NCBI GenBank assembly: GCA_035548735.1
Contig: DASZSK010000263.1
Location: 8,711 to 72,710 of the forward strand
From: Caulobacterales bacterium
GTDB lineage: Bacteria > Pseudomonadota > Alphaproteobacteria > Caulobacterales > Aquidulcibacteraceae
Length of the DNA stretch: 64,000 nt
Direction: 5' to 3'
Made by a program: the position numbers and the translations under genes. The notes under the pieces were generated by a model. That model had not been told where the DNA came from and searched no databases. It worked only from the letters and a program-made list of their open reading frames with translations. Positions 55,825 through 64,000 of the stretch are shown piece by piece; position 1 is the first letter of the stretch, and every line of letters begins with the position of its first letter.

Positions 55825-56160
55825 TCATGCGGCAAGGTCTGCGTCCGCGCTTCGCCGCGCCGCGACGGCTTCGATGCGGTGACGTGGCTGAAAGCCCTCC
55901 AGGCGGGAAACGACCAGGCCGGCTCTGAAGACCAATATCGTCGGCAGCACGCGAATGGCGTGCGCGGTGCGCGCCTCATCGTTCATCAGCACGTCGATAT
56001 AGGCGAAGCGCGCGTCGAACATTCCCTCCGCCCAGAGCAGGGCGAATTCCTCCGCCTGGGCCATTGTCAGTCCGCCTTTCGTGGCGCCGAACAAGACGAT
56101 CGTCACAGCGGACGCCGCGTCGAGGAAAGGCTGCAAAGTGTCGTCGTTCAGGTGTTGCAT
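55825..56160 (-). CDS. Thioredoxin-fold protein without any cysteine (HyaE-like / redox-inactive)
   Basis: ATG at 56160 behind GGGAGA. 111 aa with Trx-like topology (IVLFGA...VLPTILVFRAG), but no CxxC and no Cys at all. Confidence 0.6.
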   Translation of the reverse strand: MQHLNDDTLQPFLDAASAVTIVLFGATKGGLTMAQAEEFALLWAEGMFDARFAYIDVLMNDEARTAHAIRVLPTILVFRAGLVVSRLEGFQPRHRIEAVAARRSADADLAA

Positions 56161-56180
56161 GATAAAATCTCCCGGAGTGA

Positions 56181-56603
56181 TCACGCGGCCTGCGCGGCCT
56201 TGCGCGAGACACGCCGCATGAAGCGCGCCTGATCGATGACGACGCGGTCGTGATAGCCTTCGCCGATCAGGTCGAACTCATCGCGCGCGGAGACCTTGAA
56301 GCGCAGCTTGCGGCCATCCACGGCGATCAATTGCACGGTGGCGGTCACGCGCATGCCGACCGGCGTCGCCGCCGCATGCGACACGTCGATATGCGTGCCG
56401 ACGCTATGTTCGCCGCTGTCGAGATAGGGCCGAAGCGCTTCGACGCAGGCCCATTCGATAAACCCGACCATGAAAGCTGTGGCGAACACCGGGGGCATGT
56501 CGCGAAATCCCGTGAAGCTTTTCGAGACGGAGGGGACGGTGAGGCTTTCGTCGACGTGCAGCGTTTGCATGTGCGTGAGTCCTGGAAAGAGTGCGGAATG
56601 CAT
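56181..56603 (-). CDS. Hotdog-fold thioesterase (FlK / fluoroacetyl-CoA-thioesterase-like family)
   Basis: ATG at 56603 behind AGGGAG. 140 aa, with VFATAFMVGFIEWACVEAL...VGTHIDVSHAAATPVG pattern. The rest of track ORF 56181..57398 is a shadow of the EmrB-like gene. Confidence 0.65.
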   Translation of the reverse strand: MHSALFPGLTHMQTLHVDESLTVPSVSKSFTGFRDMPPVFATAFMVGFIEWACVEALRPYLDSGEHSVGTHIDVSHAAATPVGMRVTATVQLIAVDGRKLRFKVSARDEFDLIGEGYHDRVVIDQARFMRRVSRKAAQAA

Positions 56604-56623
56604 TGCGTTGCTCCCTGGAGAAG

Positions 56624-58171
56624 TCAGTGGCCGACTTGCGTCATGTCGATGGCGCGCGCCGGCCGGGGCGAGAACCAAATCACGAACGCAGCGACGAAGA
56701 AGGCCGCGGTGACGAGGCTCATGATTTGGTTGGTGGCGATGGTGACGGCCTGTCCGTCGACCATGCGCGACAGCATGGCGATCGCCTGGTCGTGGTTGAG
56801 GCCGGAAGCTTGCAGCGTACGGATGGTTTCGCCGCTTCGGTCGGTGAGGCCGGCGAGTTCGGCATGGTTGTAGGTGGTCTTGTCCTCCCACATGGTGGTG
56901 ACGATGGAGGTGGCGACGGCGCCTGAAAGCGTCCGCAGAAAGTTCTGCAAGCCTGCGGCCGAGGCCGTCTCTTCCGGCTTGACGCTGCCAAGCGAGAGCG
57001 CCGTCAGCGGCACGAAGAAGAAGGGAAGACCCAGCCCCGTCAGCATCAGCGGCGCGGCGATCTGCCAATAGGTGGCGTCGCTGGTCACGACGGCGCGGAG
57101 CGCGGTGACGCCGGTGAGCCAGAGCAAGCCGATGAACACCAAGCGCCGGGGATCCACTTTCGCCATGCGCGCGCCAACCAAAGGTGCTGCGAAAACCGCG
57201 AGCACGCCGCTCCATGCCGTGGTCATCCCGGCCCAGGTCGAGGTGTAGCCCATGAACGACTGCAGCCATTGCGGCGTCAGCACGTTGGACGCGAACATGG
57301 CGCCGTAGGCGAGCGTCAGCGTGATGACGCTGGCGGTGAAGCCGCGATGGCGAAAGACGCGGAGATCGACGATCGGGTGCTTTTCGGTCAGCTCCCAAAT
57401 CACGAACACGACGAAGCCAAGAGCGGCGACGATCGCCAGCGCGCAGATCGTGGTCGACTCGAACCAGCCGTCATCTTTGCCGGTGTCGAGCATGATCTGC
57501 AGTGCGCCCACGAACAAGACGAGTAGAGCGAGGCCGATCTTGTCGATGGGCGCGCGCACGATGCTGGTCTCGTAGCGTTTCAGCATGCGCCAGGCGACCG
57601 GCGCGCAGAGCGCGGCAAGCGGCACATTGATGAAGAAGATGAACGGCCACGCGTAATTGTCGCAGATCGAGCCGCCGAGAATGGGCCCGAGCACGGGCGC
57701 CACCAGCGTCGTCATCGCCCAGATGGCCATCGCCGCATTGGCTTTGTCCTTCGGGAAGATGCGCAGCAGCAGCGTTTGCGAGAGCGGCATCAACAAGCCG
57801 CCAGAGAGGCCCTGCATGATGCGGCCGAACACCAGCATCTCAAGCGAATGCGAGACGCCGCAGAATGCCGAGAAACCGCCGAACAGGATAATCGCGGTCG
57901 AGAACACGCGCACGGCGCCGAAGCGGCCGGCGATCCAGCCGGTGAGCGGCACGATGATCGCCTCCGCCACCGAATAGGACGTGATGATCCAGGTGCCCTG
58001 GCTCGAGGAAATGCCGAGGCTTCCGGCGATATTCGGCACCGACACGTTGGCGATGGTCATGTCCAGGACGGCGATGAAGTTCGCGCTCGCGAGCACGATC
58101 GCCGCCAGGAAGAGCAGCGGGCCCTTCAGCGGCTCGCCGCCGCTCAAGGGATCGGAGTGTGCGTCGGACAT
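56624..58171 (-). CDS. DHA2-family MFS multidrug efflux permease (EmrB/QacA type)
   Basis: 515 aa, 14-TM. Contains NFIAVLDMTIANVSVPNIAGSLG and GRFGAVRVF motifs. Confidence 0.9.
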   Translation of the reverse strand: MSDAHSDPLSGGEPLKGPLLFLAAIVLASANFIAVLDMTIANVSVPNIAGSLGISSSQGTWIITSYSVAEAIIVPLTGWIAGRFGAVRVFSTAIILFGGFSAFCGVSHSLEMLVFGRIMQGLSGGLLMPLSQTLLLRIFPKDKANAAMAIWAMTTLVAPVLGPILGGSICDNYAWPFIFFINVPLAALCAPVAWRMLKRYETSIVRAPIDKIGLALLVLFVGALQIMLDTGKDDGWFESTTICALAIVAALGFVVFVIWELTEKHPIVDLRVFRHRGFTASVITLTLAYGAMFASNVLTPQWLQSFMGYTSTWAGMTTAWSGVLAVFAAPLVGARMAKVDPRRLVFIGLLWLTGVTALRAVVTSDATYWQIAAPLMLTGLGLPFFFVPLTALSLGSVKPEETASAAGLQNFLRTLSGAVATSIVTTMWEDKTTYNHAELAGLTDRSGETIRTLQASGLNHDQAIAMLSRMVDGQAVTIATNQIMSLVTAAFFVAAFVIWFSPRPARAIDMTQVGH

Positions 58172-58177
58172 GGGCGG

Positions 58178-59272
58178 TTAGCTCCGCGTGTCGATGGTGG
58201 CTTCCATGGAGAGGCCGACGCGCAACGGATGCGCAGCCAACTCCGCGGGATCGAGCGCGACGCGCACGGGCACGCGCTGCACGACCTTGATCCAGTTGCC
58301 GGTTGCGTTCTGCGCGGGGATCACCGCGAAGGCCGAGCCCGTACCGCCGCCGAGGCCTGCGACGTGGCCGTGATAGACGACGTCGTGACCGTAGAGATCG
58401 GACGTCAGACGGACGCTTTGGCCGATGCGCACCTGGCCGAGTTGGCCTTCCTTGAAATTCGCATCGACGTAAGCCTGCTGCAGCGGCGTCACGCTCATCA
58501 GCGGCTGACCCGGATCGACGCGTTGGCCGACCTGCGCTTTGCGCTGCGCCACGACGCCGTCAAGCGGGGCGACGATGGTCGTGCGCTGCAGATTTAGCCG
58601 GGCCGTGTTGAGAGCAGCCAGCGCCGATTGCGTTTCGGGATGGGTTTCCACCGTCGAGCCGCGCGTCAGCGCGCGCTGCGCTTCGAGGTTCTGCTGCGCG
58701 CCCGCCAGATTGGCCTGCGCGCTCTCGTAGGCGGCGCGGGTGGCGGTCAATTCTTCGCCGGAGACGGCGCCTGTCTCGGCCAAAGCGCGGCGGCGATCAT
58801 AGTCGGCGCTGGCGCGGCCGAGGTCCGCCTGCCGAGCGCGCACCTGCGCCTCGGCCGCCGATTCTTGTGAGAAATACTGACGCACGCGTTGCAACGTCCG
58901 TTGATAATCCGCCTCCGCGCGGGCGACCGCCAAACGCGCATCGGCCGGGTCGATGGTGGCGAGCACCTCGCCCCGATGCACCATCTGCGTGTCATCGACG
59001 CGCACGTCGAGCACTTGGCCGGACACTTGCGCGTTGATCTGCGCCGTGGCGGCGCCGACATAGGCATTGTCGGTCGATACGTAGCGCCCCGCTTCGACCG
59101 CCCAATAGACGCCGCCAGCGATGGCGATCTTGGCCACCACGCCGGCGACAGTGAGCAAGAGCCATTTGCGGCGCTTGCGCAGCTTGTCGCTCTTTGCTTG
59201 CTCTGCGTCGGCGATGTGGATGTCGTCCACGGCTTGGAAGCCGTCGGTGCTGAACTTGAGATCATCGGCCAT
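58178..59272 (-). CDS. HlyD/EmrA-type membrane fusion protein
   Basis: 364 aa. N-terminal TM anchor, a long coiled coil, and a C-terminal beta-barrel domain (NWIKVVQRVPVRV). Confidence 0.9.
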   Translation of the reverse strand: MADDLKFSTDGFQAVDDIHIADAEQAKSDKLRKRRKWLLLTVAGVVAKIAIAGGVYWAVEAGRYVSTDNAYVGAATAQINAQVSGQVLDVRVDDTQMVHRGEVLATIDPADARLAVARAEADYQRTLQRVRQYFSQESAAEAQVRARQADLGRASADYDRRRALAETGAVSGEELTATRAAYESAQANLAGAQQNLEAQRALTRGSTVETHPETQSALAALNTARLNLQRTTIVAPLDGVVAQRKAQVGQRVDPGQPLMSVTPLQQAYVDANFKEGQLGQVRIGQSVRLTSDLYGHDVVYHGHVAGLGGGTGSAFAVIPAQNATGNWIKVVQRVPVRVALDPAELAAHPLRVGLSMEATIDTRS

Positions 59273-59299
59273 GTTAAGTCTCCCGCTTGAATGTGTTGG

Positions 59300-60733
59300 T
59301 TAGGACGCGGCGAAGCCGCCGCCGAGTGCGCGCACGAGCGTGACGTCGAGCGCGAAGGCTTGCGATTCGAGATCGGCGACCGCGCGCCGTTGCTGGATGA
59401 GCGCGTTCTCGACGCTTAGCGTGTCGATGTAGCTGGCGAGTCCGCCGGCGTAGCGCGTGTGGGCGATGCGGTAAGCCTCTTCTGCATCTCGCAACGCCGC
59501 GCGCTGTTCGATCAATTGCTGTTCGAGGCTTTGTCGATCGGAGTAGGCGTCCGCCACTTCGCGGAAGGCGTTCGCCATGGTTTGATCGTAGAGCGCGACC
59601 GCTTCGTCATAGTCAGCGCGCGCGCCGCGATAGGCGCCCTCGATGCGCCCGCCGCTGAAGATCGGCAACGACACCGCCGGGCCGATCTGCGCGGAGGAAA
59701 GTGCGCCGCCGCCGATGGCGTCGACGCCCAACGTCTGAACGCTGAGCAGCGCCGAGAGATTGACGTTCGGATAGAAATCCGCGCGCGCAGCGCGGATGTG
59801 TTGCGCCGCCGCCTCCGTGCGAAGTCGCGCGGCGACCAGATCGGGACGGCGTCCGACAAGGTCGATCCGCGCATCGGCGGGCAGGCCAGCGGCCAGCGCC
59901 CGCGGCTGATGCGGCAAAGGAATGGCGAGGCCGCGATCGGGTCCTTTACCAAGCAGAGCCGCGAGCTGATGTCGTGTTCGCAGGATCGCCGCTTGCAGCG
60001 CCAGCACGTCGGCGCGCGCACGCGCCAGCTCGGAATCGGCTTGACGCGCCTGGCCCTCGTTCTCAAGCCCATTGGCCATGCGCTGGCGCACCAGATCGGC
60101 GCTGGCTTCGCGGGTGCGGGCGGCGTCGTTGGCGGCGTCGAGATCGGCGCTGAGGCGCAACAATTCGGCATAGGCGAGAGCGACCGAGGTCGAGAGCTGC
60201 AAGCGCGCTTCGGCGGCTTCGGCCTCCGCCGCCCTCACGTTGGACGTGGCGGCGGCAAAGGCGGCGCGGTTGCGGCCGAAGAAATCGAGTTGATAGTCGA
60301 GCTTCAGAGCGGCGCTGCTGGTCGTGGTCCAATCGTTGGGCAGCGCATCGCCGATGATGCTTGGCAGGTTGTCGGCGGACAGATGCTGGCGTGACGCATT
60401 GGCGCCGCTCTGCGCCCCGATGCTGGGGAGCCGCGATGCGCCGGTCTGCTGTGCGATGGCTTGCGCTTGACGCACACGCGCGGCGGCGGCCGCAAGCGAG
60501 GGTGAATCCGCCAACGCTTCCTCGATCAGCGCGTCGAGTTGATCGTCGCCGAACGCCTTCCACCATTGATCGGACGGCCAGGCCATCTCCGCTGCATCGA
60601 AGCTGCGGATAGCGACGTACTCCGACGCTGGCGCGGGTTGGCGCGCATGCCCCAGGTCCGGCGGCGAGGCGCAACCCGCCAGGACGGCGGCGAGCGACAC
60701 CGTCAGCCATTTCTGGCTGCCTTTCACAAACAT
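59300..60733 (-). CDS. NodT-family outer-membrane efflux lipoprotein
   Basis: Lipobox LAGC. 477 aa with a two-repeat TolC-like pattern. Confidence 0.9.
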   Translation of the reverse strand: MFVKGSQKWLTVSLAAVLAGCASPPDLGHARQPAPASEYVAIRSFDAAEMAWPSDQWWKAFGDDQLDALIEEALADSPSLAAAAARVRQAQAIAQQTGASRLPSIGAQSGANASRQHLSADNLPSIIGDALPNDWTTTSSAALKLDYQLDFFGRNRAAFAAATSNVRAAEAEAAEARLQLSTSVALAYAELLRLSADLDAANDAARTREASADLVRQRMANGLENEGQARQADSELARARADVLALQAAILRTRHQLAALLGKGPDRGLAIPLPHQPRALAAGLPADARIDLVGRRPDLVAARLRTEAAAQHIRAARADFYPNVNLSALLSVQTLGVDAIGGGALSSAQIGPAVSLPIFSGGRIEGAYRGARADYDEAVALYDQTMANAFREVADAYSDRQSLEQQLIEQRAALRDAEEAYRIAHTRYAGGLASYIDTLSVENALIQQRRAVADLESQAFALDVTLVRALGGGFAAS

Positions 60734-60808
60734 GACTTTTCCCCTTGGAAATCAGCCCTCTACGGGCCGCCCAATCGCACGTGACGGTAATGTCTCGTGT
60801 TGCAACGG

Positions 60809-60879
60809 AAAGAAACGCTTTCTTTTCTTTTTGTCAATCGCTAGAGTCGAAAAAGGAACGAAAAATTTTCTTTCGAAAG
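60809..60879. promoter_or_regulatory. Two palindromes in the NodT / TetR divergent promoter. Candidate TetR operators.
   Basis: AAAGAAA-CGC-TTTCTTT at 60809..60825 and perfect CTTTCGAAAG at 60870..60879, within a markedly AT-rich 159-nt intergenic region. Confidence 0.45.
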
Positions 60880-60892
60880 CTAAAGCACTGAA

Positions 60893-61594
60893 ATGACGGC
60901 AAAGAATCTGCAACGAAAAATCGGCCCCGGACGGCTGTCGGCGGAGGAAACCGCGCAATTGCCCGATCGGCTGCTCGATGCGGCGTTCAAGCTGTTCATG
61001 CAGAAGGGCTACGCATCGACCTCCATGGAGCAGATCGCCAAGGAGGCGGGGGCTTCGACGAAGACGATCTACAGCCGCTTTCCCAGCAAGGCGGAGATCC
61101 TGCGCACCGTCGTGCGCCGCATGGTGGAGCGCACCATCGCCGCGCATGCGCAAACATCATCCCTTGATCCGCGCAACGCTGATCCGCGCACGTATCTGCT
61201 CGGTCTGTGCGGCGCGATCGCTATGCGCATCGCCACCGACGCGGCGGGCCTCAATCGCCTCGCCCATCTCGAGGGCGAGCAATTTCCCGAGTTCAAGCAG
61301 ATGCACGACGAGGCGACCGCAAACGGCGCCCGGCTCATTCGCGAAGCGCTGGAATGTTGGATCGAAGCCCGGACGTTTCCGGCTGTCGAAGACATCCAAA
61401 GCGTCGCCGCGCTGTGCCTCAGCATGACGACGGATTGGGTGCGTATCGCCACTTCGCTTGGCCATCCGCCGAATTCGGCAGAGGTGCGCGAGCATGTGGC
61501 GTTCGCAGTGGATTTCTTTCTGCGCGGCTGCGGCTATCAAGAGGCGCCGCCTGCGCTGGCGCCAAAGGCGCGGCGCCGCGCCGCGAAGGGCTAA
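60893..61594 (+). CDS. TetR/AcrR-family transcriptional regulator
   Basis: HTH LLDAAFKLFMQKGYASTSMEQIAKEAGASTKTIYSRFPSKAEIL. Confidence 0.9.
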   Translation: MTAKNLQRKIGPGRLSAEETAQLPDRLLDAAFKLFMQKGYASTSMEQIAKEAGASTKTIYSRFPSKAEILRTVVRRMVERTIAAHAQTSSLDPRNADPRTYLLGLCGAIAMRIATDAAGLNRLAHLEGEQFPEFKQMHDEATANGARLIREALECWIEARTFPAVEDIQSVAALCLSMTTDWVRIATSLGHPPNSAEVREHVAFAVDFFLRGCGYQEAPPALAPKARRRAAKG

Positions 61595-61817
61595 ACGCGG
61601 GCGAGTGAAGCAGCCAGCTTTGCAATGTTCCCTGGAATTGCGCGCGGATTTCGTGACCGAGAGCGATCGCAGACATTGTCTCGCGCAGGCCAAGCCTAGT
61701 GAACGCAAGGGCGTCGCTGGTTGTTCCCGCTGCGCTAAAGATCGATAGCGCCGACGCATAATGATTGCGTTGATCCGGCAATTGGTTGACGTGTAGATTT
61801 TCCGCGGAGACTCGCGA

Positions 61818-62801
61818 ATGCCGGCTGGACGGAAGCGCATTGCTCCAACCCCCGGGTCTGCGCCGTTTCGCGGCGAGGCGCCGCGCCACGTGCCTTGGCG
61901 TTCGCAAGGCAGCGGGGCGCGCGTTTCATCCGGTTCGCAATGGTGCGCACTCACCGGTCAATCCGAACCGGCAAGCCTGGGCGAAGGCTGGCTTGAAATG
62001 GTGCATCCGCTGGACCGGCGCGATGCGCACGCGGCTTGGCGCAAGGCTGCGCGCGACGGCGCAATGGAAGCGGACTATCGAATTCTCGACGCGCGAACCG
62101 GCGCATATCGCTGGTTCCGCTCCATCGCCGCGCCGGGCGTTGACAGCGCCATCTGGGAAGGCTGGTCGATGGATGTCGATAACCTCTACGCGTTCCGCGA
62201 TGCGGAGGTTTCGGCGTCCGCGCAACACCGGGTCAAGAACATTCTCGCGGTCGTGCGGTCGGTGGCGCTGCGTTCGATGGAGTCCGCCGCGGACCTCGAT
62301 GCGTTCGTCGAGCATTTCGATGGGCGGCTTCAGGCGCTTGGCCGCACGCACGCTTTGCTCGCGCTCAATCCGTTCGGCGCCGTTGATCTGGAACTCATGG
62401 TGCGGGACGAGTTGCCGCCCCATGCGGATGTTCAGGCCGATATTGGCGGACCGCACATCGGGCTGCGCAATCAAGCGGCGGAATCTCTATCTCTCGCGGT
62501 GCATGAACTCGCGGTCAACGCACTTAAATACGGCGCGCTCTCCACGCCGAATGGGCGGCTGCGCGTGGGCTGGCGCGTCTTGAGCGGCGCGGCCGGACGC
62601 TCGCTTCGATTTGATTGGCGCGAGAGCGGCGTGCCGGTGATCGACACGGCGCCGGCCAAGCATGGGTTCGGGCGCGGCCTGATCGAGATGGGGCTCGCGT
62701 ACGACATCGGGGCGCAATCCAGCCTGCGCTTTTCGCCCGGCGGCTTGACCTGCCGGATTGATCTTAAGTGCGGCGACGACATTGAAATTGTGCGCGCATG
62801 A
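61818..62801 (+). CDS. PAS-domain HWE/HisKA_2-type sensor histidine kinase. The N-terminus is doubtful and may be frameshifted.
   Basis: PAS core WCALTGQSEPASLGEGWLEMVHPLDR...YRILDARTGAYRWF. H-box QHRVKNILAVVRSV. ATP-lid region HELAVNALKYGAL...GFGRGLIE. The first 40 or so aa of the track ORF are low-complexity. Confidence 0.75.
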   Translation: MPAGRKRIAPTPGSAPFRGEAPRHVPWRSQGSGARVSSGSQWCALTGQSEPASLGEGWLEMVHPLDRRDAHAAWRKAARDGAMEADYRILDARTGAYRWFRSIAAPGVDSAIWEGWSMDVDNLYAFRDAEVSASAQHRVKNILAVVRSVALRSMESAADLDAFVEHFDGRLQALGRTHALLALNPFGAVDLELMVRDELPPHADVQADIGGPHIGLRNQAAESLSLAVHELAVNALKYGALSTPNGRLRVGWRVLSGAAGRSLRFDWRESGVPVIDTAPAKHGFGRGLIEMGLAYDIGAQSSLRFSPGGLTCRIDLKCGDDIEIVRA

Positions 62802-63187
62802 AAAAAGAGATTGAGAACTCAAAGCTCAGAGGGGCGCGCGTGCTGGTGGTCGAGGACCAATACCTCATCGCCGACGATCTGCGCCGGATGCTGACAGCGT
62901 GCGGCGTCGAAGTGCTTGGCCCGATCGGCCGGCTGGACGCCGCACGGGCCATCGCCGCGGCGGAACGAATCGATGCGGCGTTGCTGGACATCGATCTCAA
63001 GGGCGCACCCGTCTATCCGCTGGTCGAGGACCTGCGTCAGCGTTCGGTGCCCTATGCGTATCTTTCCGGCTATTGCCGCGAAATGGTGCCGGCCGATTTC
63101 GCCGCCGGCACGCACCTCGAGAAGCCAATTCAGGCGAATGCGCTCGCGGCGGCGCTGCAAGGACTGCTTATGGGGGCCTCGGCATGA
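62798..63187 (+). CDS. Single-domain response regulator (receiver only)
   Basis: 129 aa. Contains VLVVEDQYLIADDL, phospho-acceptor region ALLDIDL, and a conserved Lys in EKP. Start overlaps the kinase stop (ATGA). Confidence 0.85.
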   Translation: MKKEIENSKLRGARVLVVEDQYLIADDLRRMLTACGVEVLGPIGRLDAARAIAAAERIDAALLDIDLKGAPVYPLVEDLRQRSVPYAYLSGYCREMVPADFAAGTHLEKPIQANALAAALQGLLMGASA

Positions 63188-63921
63188 AGCGTATGGAGCA
63201 GACGACTCGTTCGCTCAATTCAAGTGCTCTGGTGCTTCGGCGCTTGTCGGCCTTCGCCGAGCTCAAGAGCGAAGAACAGGACCATCTCGCATCGGCGCTT
63301 CGCCCGCCGCGGTCGATCGCCTCGGGAGAAAAGTTGGGCCAGGGCGCCTTCTTCGTCGCATCGGGCTGGCTGGCGCGGCAGCGCACGCTGCGCGACGGGC
63401 GCCGTCAAGTCGTGCTGATCAATTTGCCGGGTGACGGCGTCCATTGTTCGCGGCGCGCACGCGCCCTTTCTGACGCTGACGCCGTCGCCATGACGCGCGT
63501 CGAGATCGTCCCGGCTGAGGGCCTTATCGATGATCTGGCCTCGCTGGGTTATGAGGGGCTGGCGCGAGCATTGAGCTGCGCCGAGCTGCAAGAAGACGGG
63601 CTCTTGCTCGACCAGATTGTGCGACTGGGGCGCCAGACAGCGTACGAGCGGACAGCGCACCTGCTGCTCGAACTTTACCACCGGCTGGCCGTAGTCGGGC
63701 TTGCCGCGAACGGGCGCATGCCGCTGCCGCTCACCCAAGAGCAACTCGCCGACGTTCTGGGTCTAAGCATCGTGCATATGAACCGCATCATGCAGGCGCT
63801 GCGGCGAGACCGGAAAATCGAGTTGGCGCACGGTGCGCTCACTTTGCTGGCGGCGGACGAGCTCACCGCCAGCTGTGATTTTAGCCTTAGGTCGTTTGGT
63901 CTCGGCCGCCGCCCTGCCTAG
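63184..63921 (+). CDS. Crp/Fnr-family transcriptional regulator
   Basis: The ATG at 63184 overlaps the receiver stop (ATGA). cNMP-like beta-roll, then HTH TQEQLADVLGLSIVHMNRIMQALRRDRKIEL. No N-terminal Cys cluster is visible. Confidence 0.8.
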   Translation: MKRMEQTTRSLNSSALVLRRLSAFAELKSEEQDHLASALRPPRSIASGEKLGQGAFFVASGWLARQRTLRDGRRQVVLINLPGDGVHCSRRARALSDADAVAMTRVEIVPAEGLIDDLASLGYEGLARALSCAELQEDGLLLDQIVRLGRQTAYERTAHLLLELYHRLAVVGLAANGRMPLPLTQEQLADVLGLSIVHMNRIMQALRRDRKIELAHGALTLLAADELTASCDFSLRSFGLGRRPA

Positions 63922-64000
63922 ACGCCCGGGGGGACTGACAGCGGCCGGGGTCTGGCCGTCAACAAACGGAGTTGGCGGGCGGCGGCAATTGGACTAAGCG

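Noticed and set aside
1-64000. Search for CRISPR arrays, tRNA/rRNA genes, insertion sequences, integrases, toxin-antitoxin pairs or phage-defence gene architectures
   Set aside because: No regularly spaced repeats, no tRNA-like cloverleaf candidates, no transposase or integrase motifs and no nuclease/ATPase defence-type genes were recognised. The window is metabolic, transport and regulatory throughout.

Overview
High-GC, densely coding chromosomal segment, probably alphaproteobacterial (inferred from the HWE-type histidine kinase and strong GC3 codon bias). I call 56 CDS. I found no rRNA, tRNA, CRISPR array, transposase, integrase or phage genes. Long ORFs antisense to real genes are GC-driven shadows. 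Content from left to right: (1) a sulfide module, with a partial sqr that is missing from the ORF track, divergent from a tight rhodanese-MFP-RND-DUF2892 operon; (2) acetoacetyl-CoA synthetase; (3) an acid/lactone catabolic island with HpcH aldolase, LigI-like amidohydrolase, PcaC-like decarboxylase, a secreted SMP-30-like propeller, a LacI-family GntR-type repressor, and a PrpD-SDR-HIBDH-MBL operon; (4) a LysR regulator followed by an oxidative cluster (SDR, TauD-like, two ThDP enzymes, NTF2-fused flavin monooxygenase, DHA2 MFS, cyclase, CMD, ALDH, GMC oxidoreductase, enolase-superfamily enzyme); (5) a CysB-family LysR regulator divergent from a TcuA-like / tandem PrpD / ALDH / MFS / ABM / CMD operon; (6) a BKACE, thioesterase, IclR, class III CoA-transferase, MFS, SDR module; (7) a TonB-dependent receptor preceded by a 710-nt gene-less gap; (8) a NodT-EmrA-EmrB efflux operon carrying two extra small genes, with a divergent TetR; (9) an HWE kinase, receiver and Crp/Fnr triad. 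The most useful non-obvious signals are two operator-like motifs that recur in distant promoters: GTTACCGGTAAC (GntR type) and GTATCG-N5-CGATAC. Other signals are the split YgaP-like pair around an RND pump, a TcuA-like operon without TcuB, and a probable frameshift in the kinase PAS region. All functional calls come from family-level motif recognition by eye. No database search was run.
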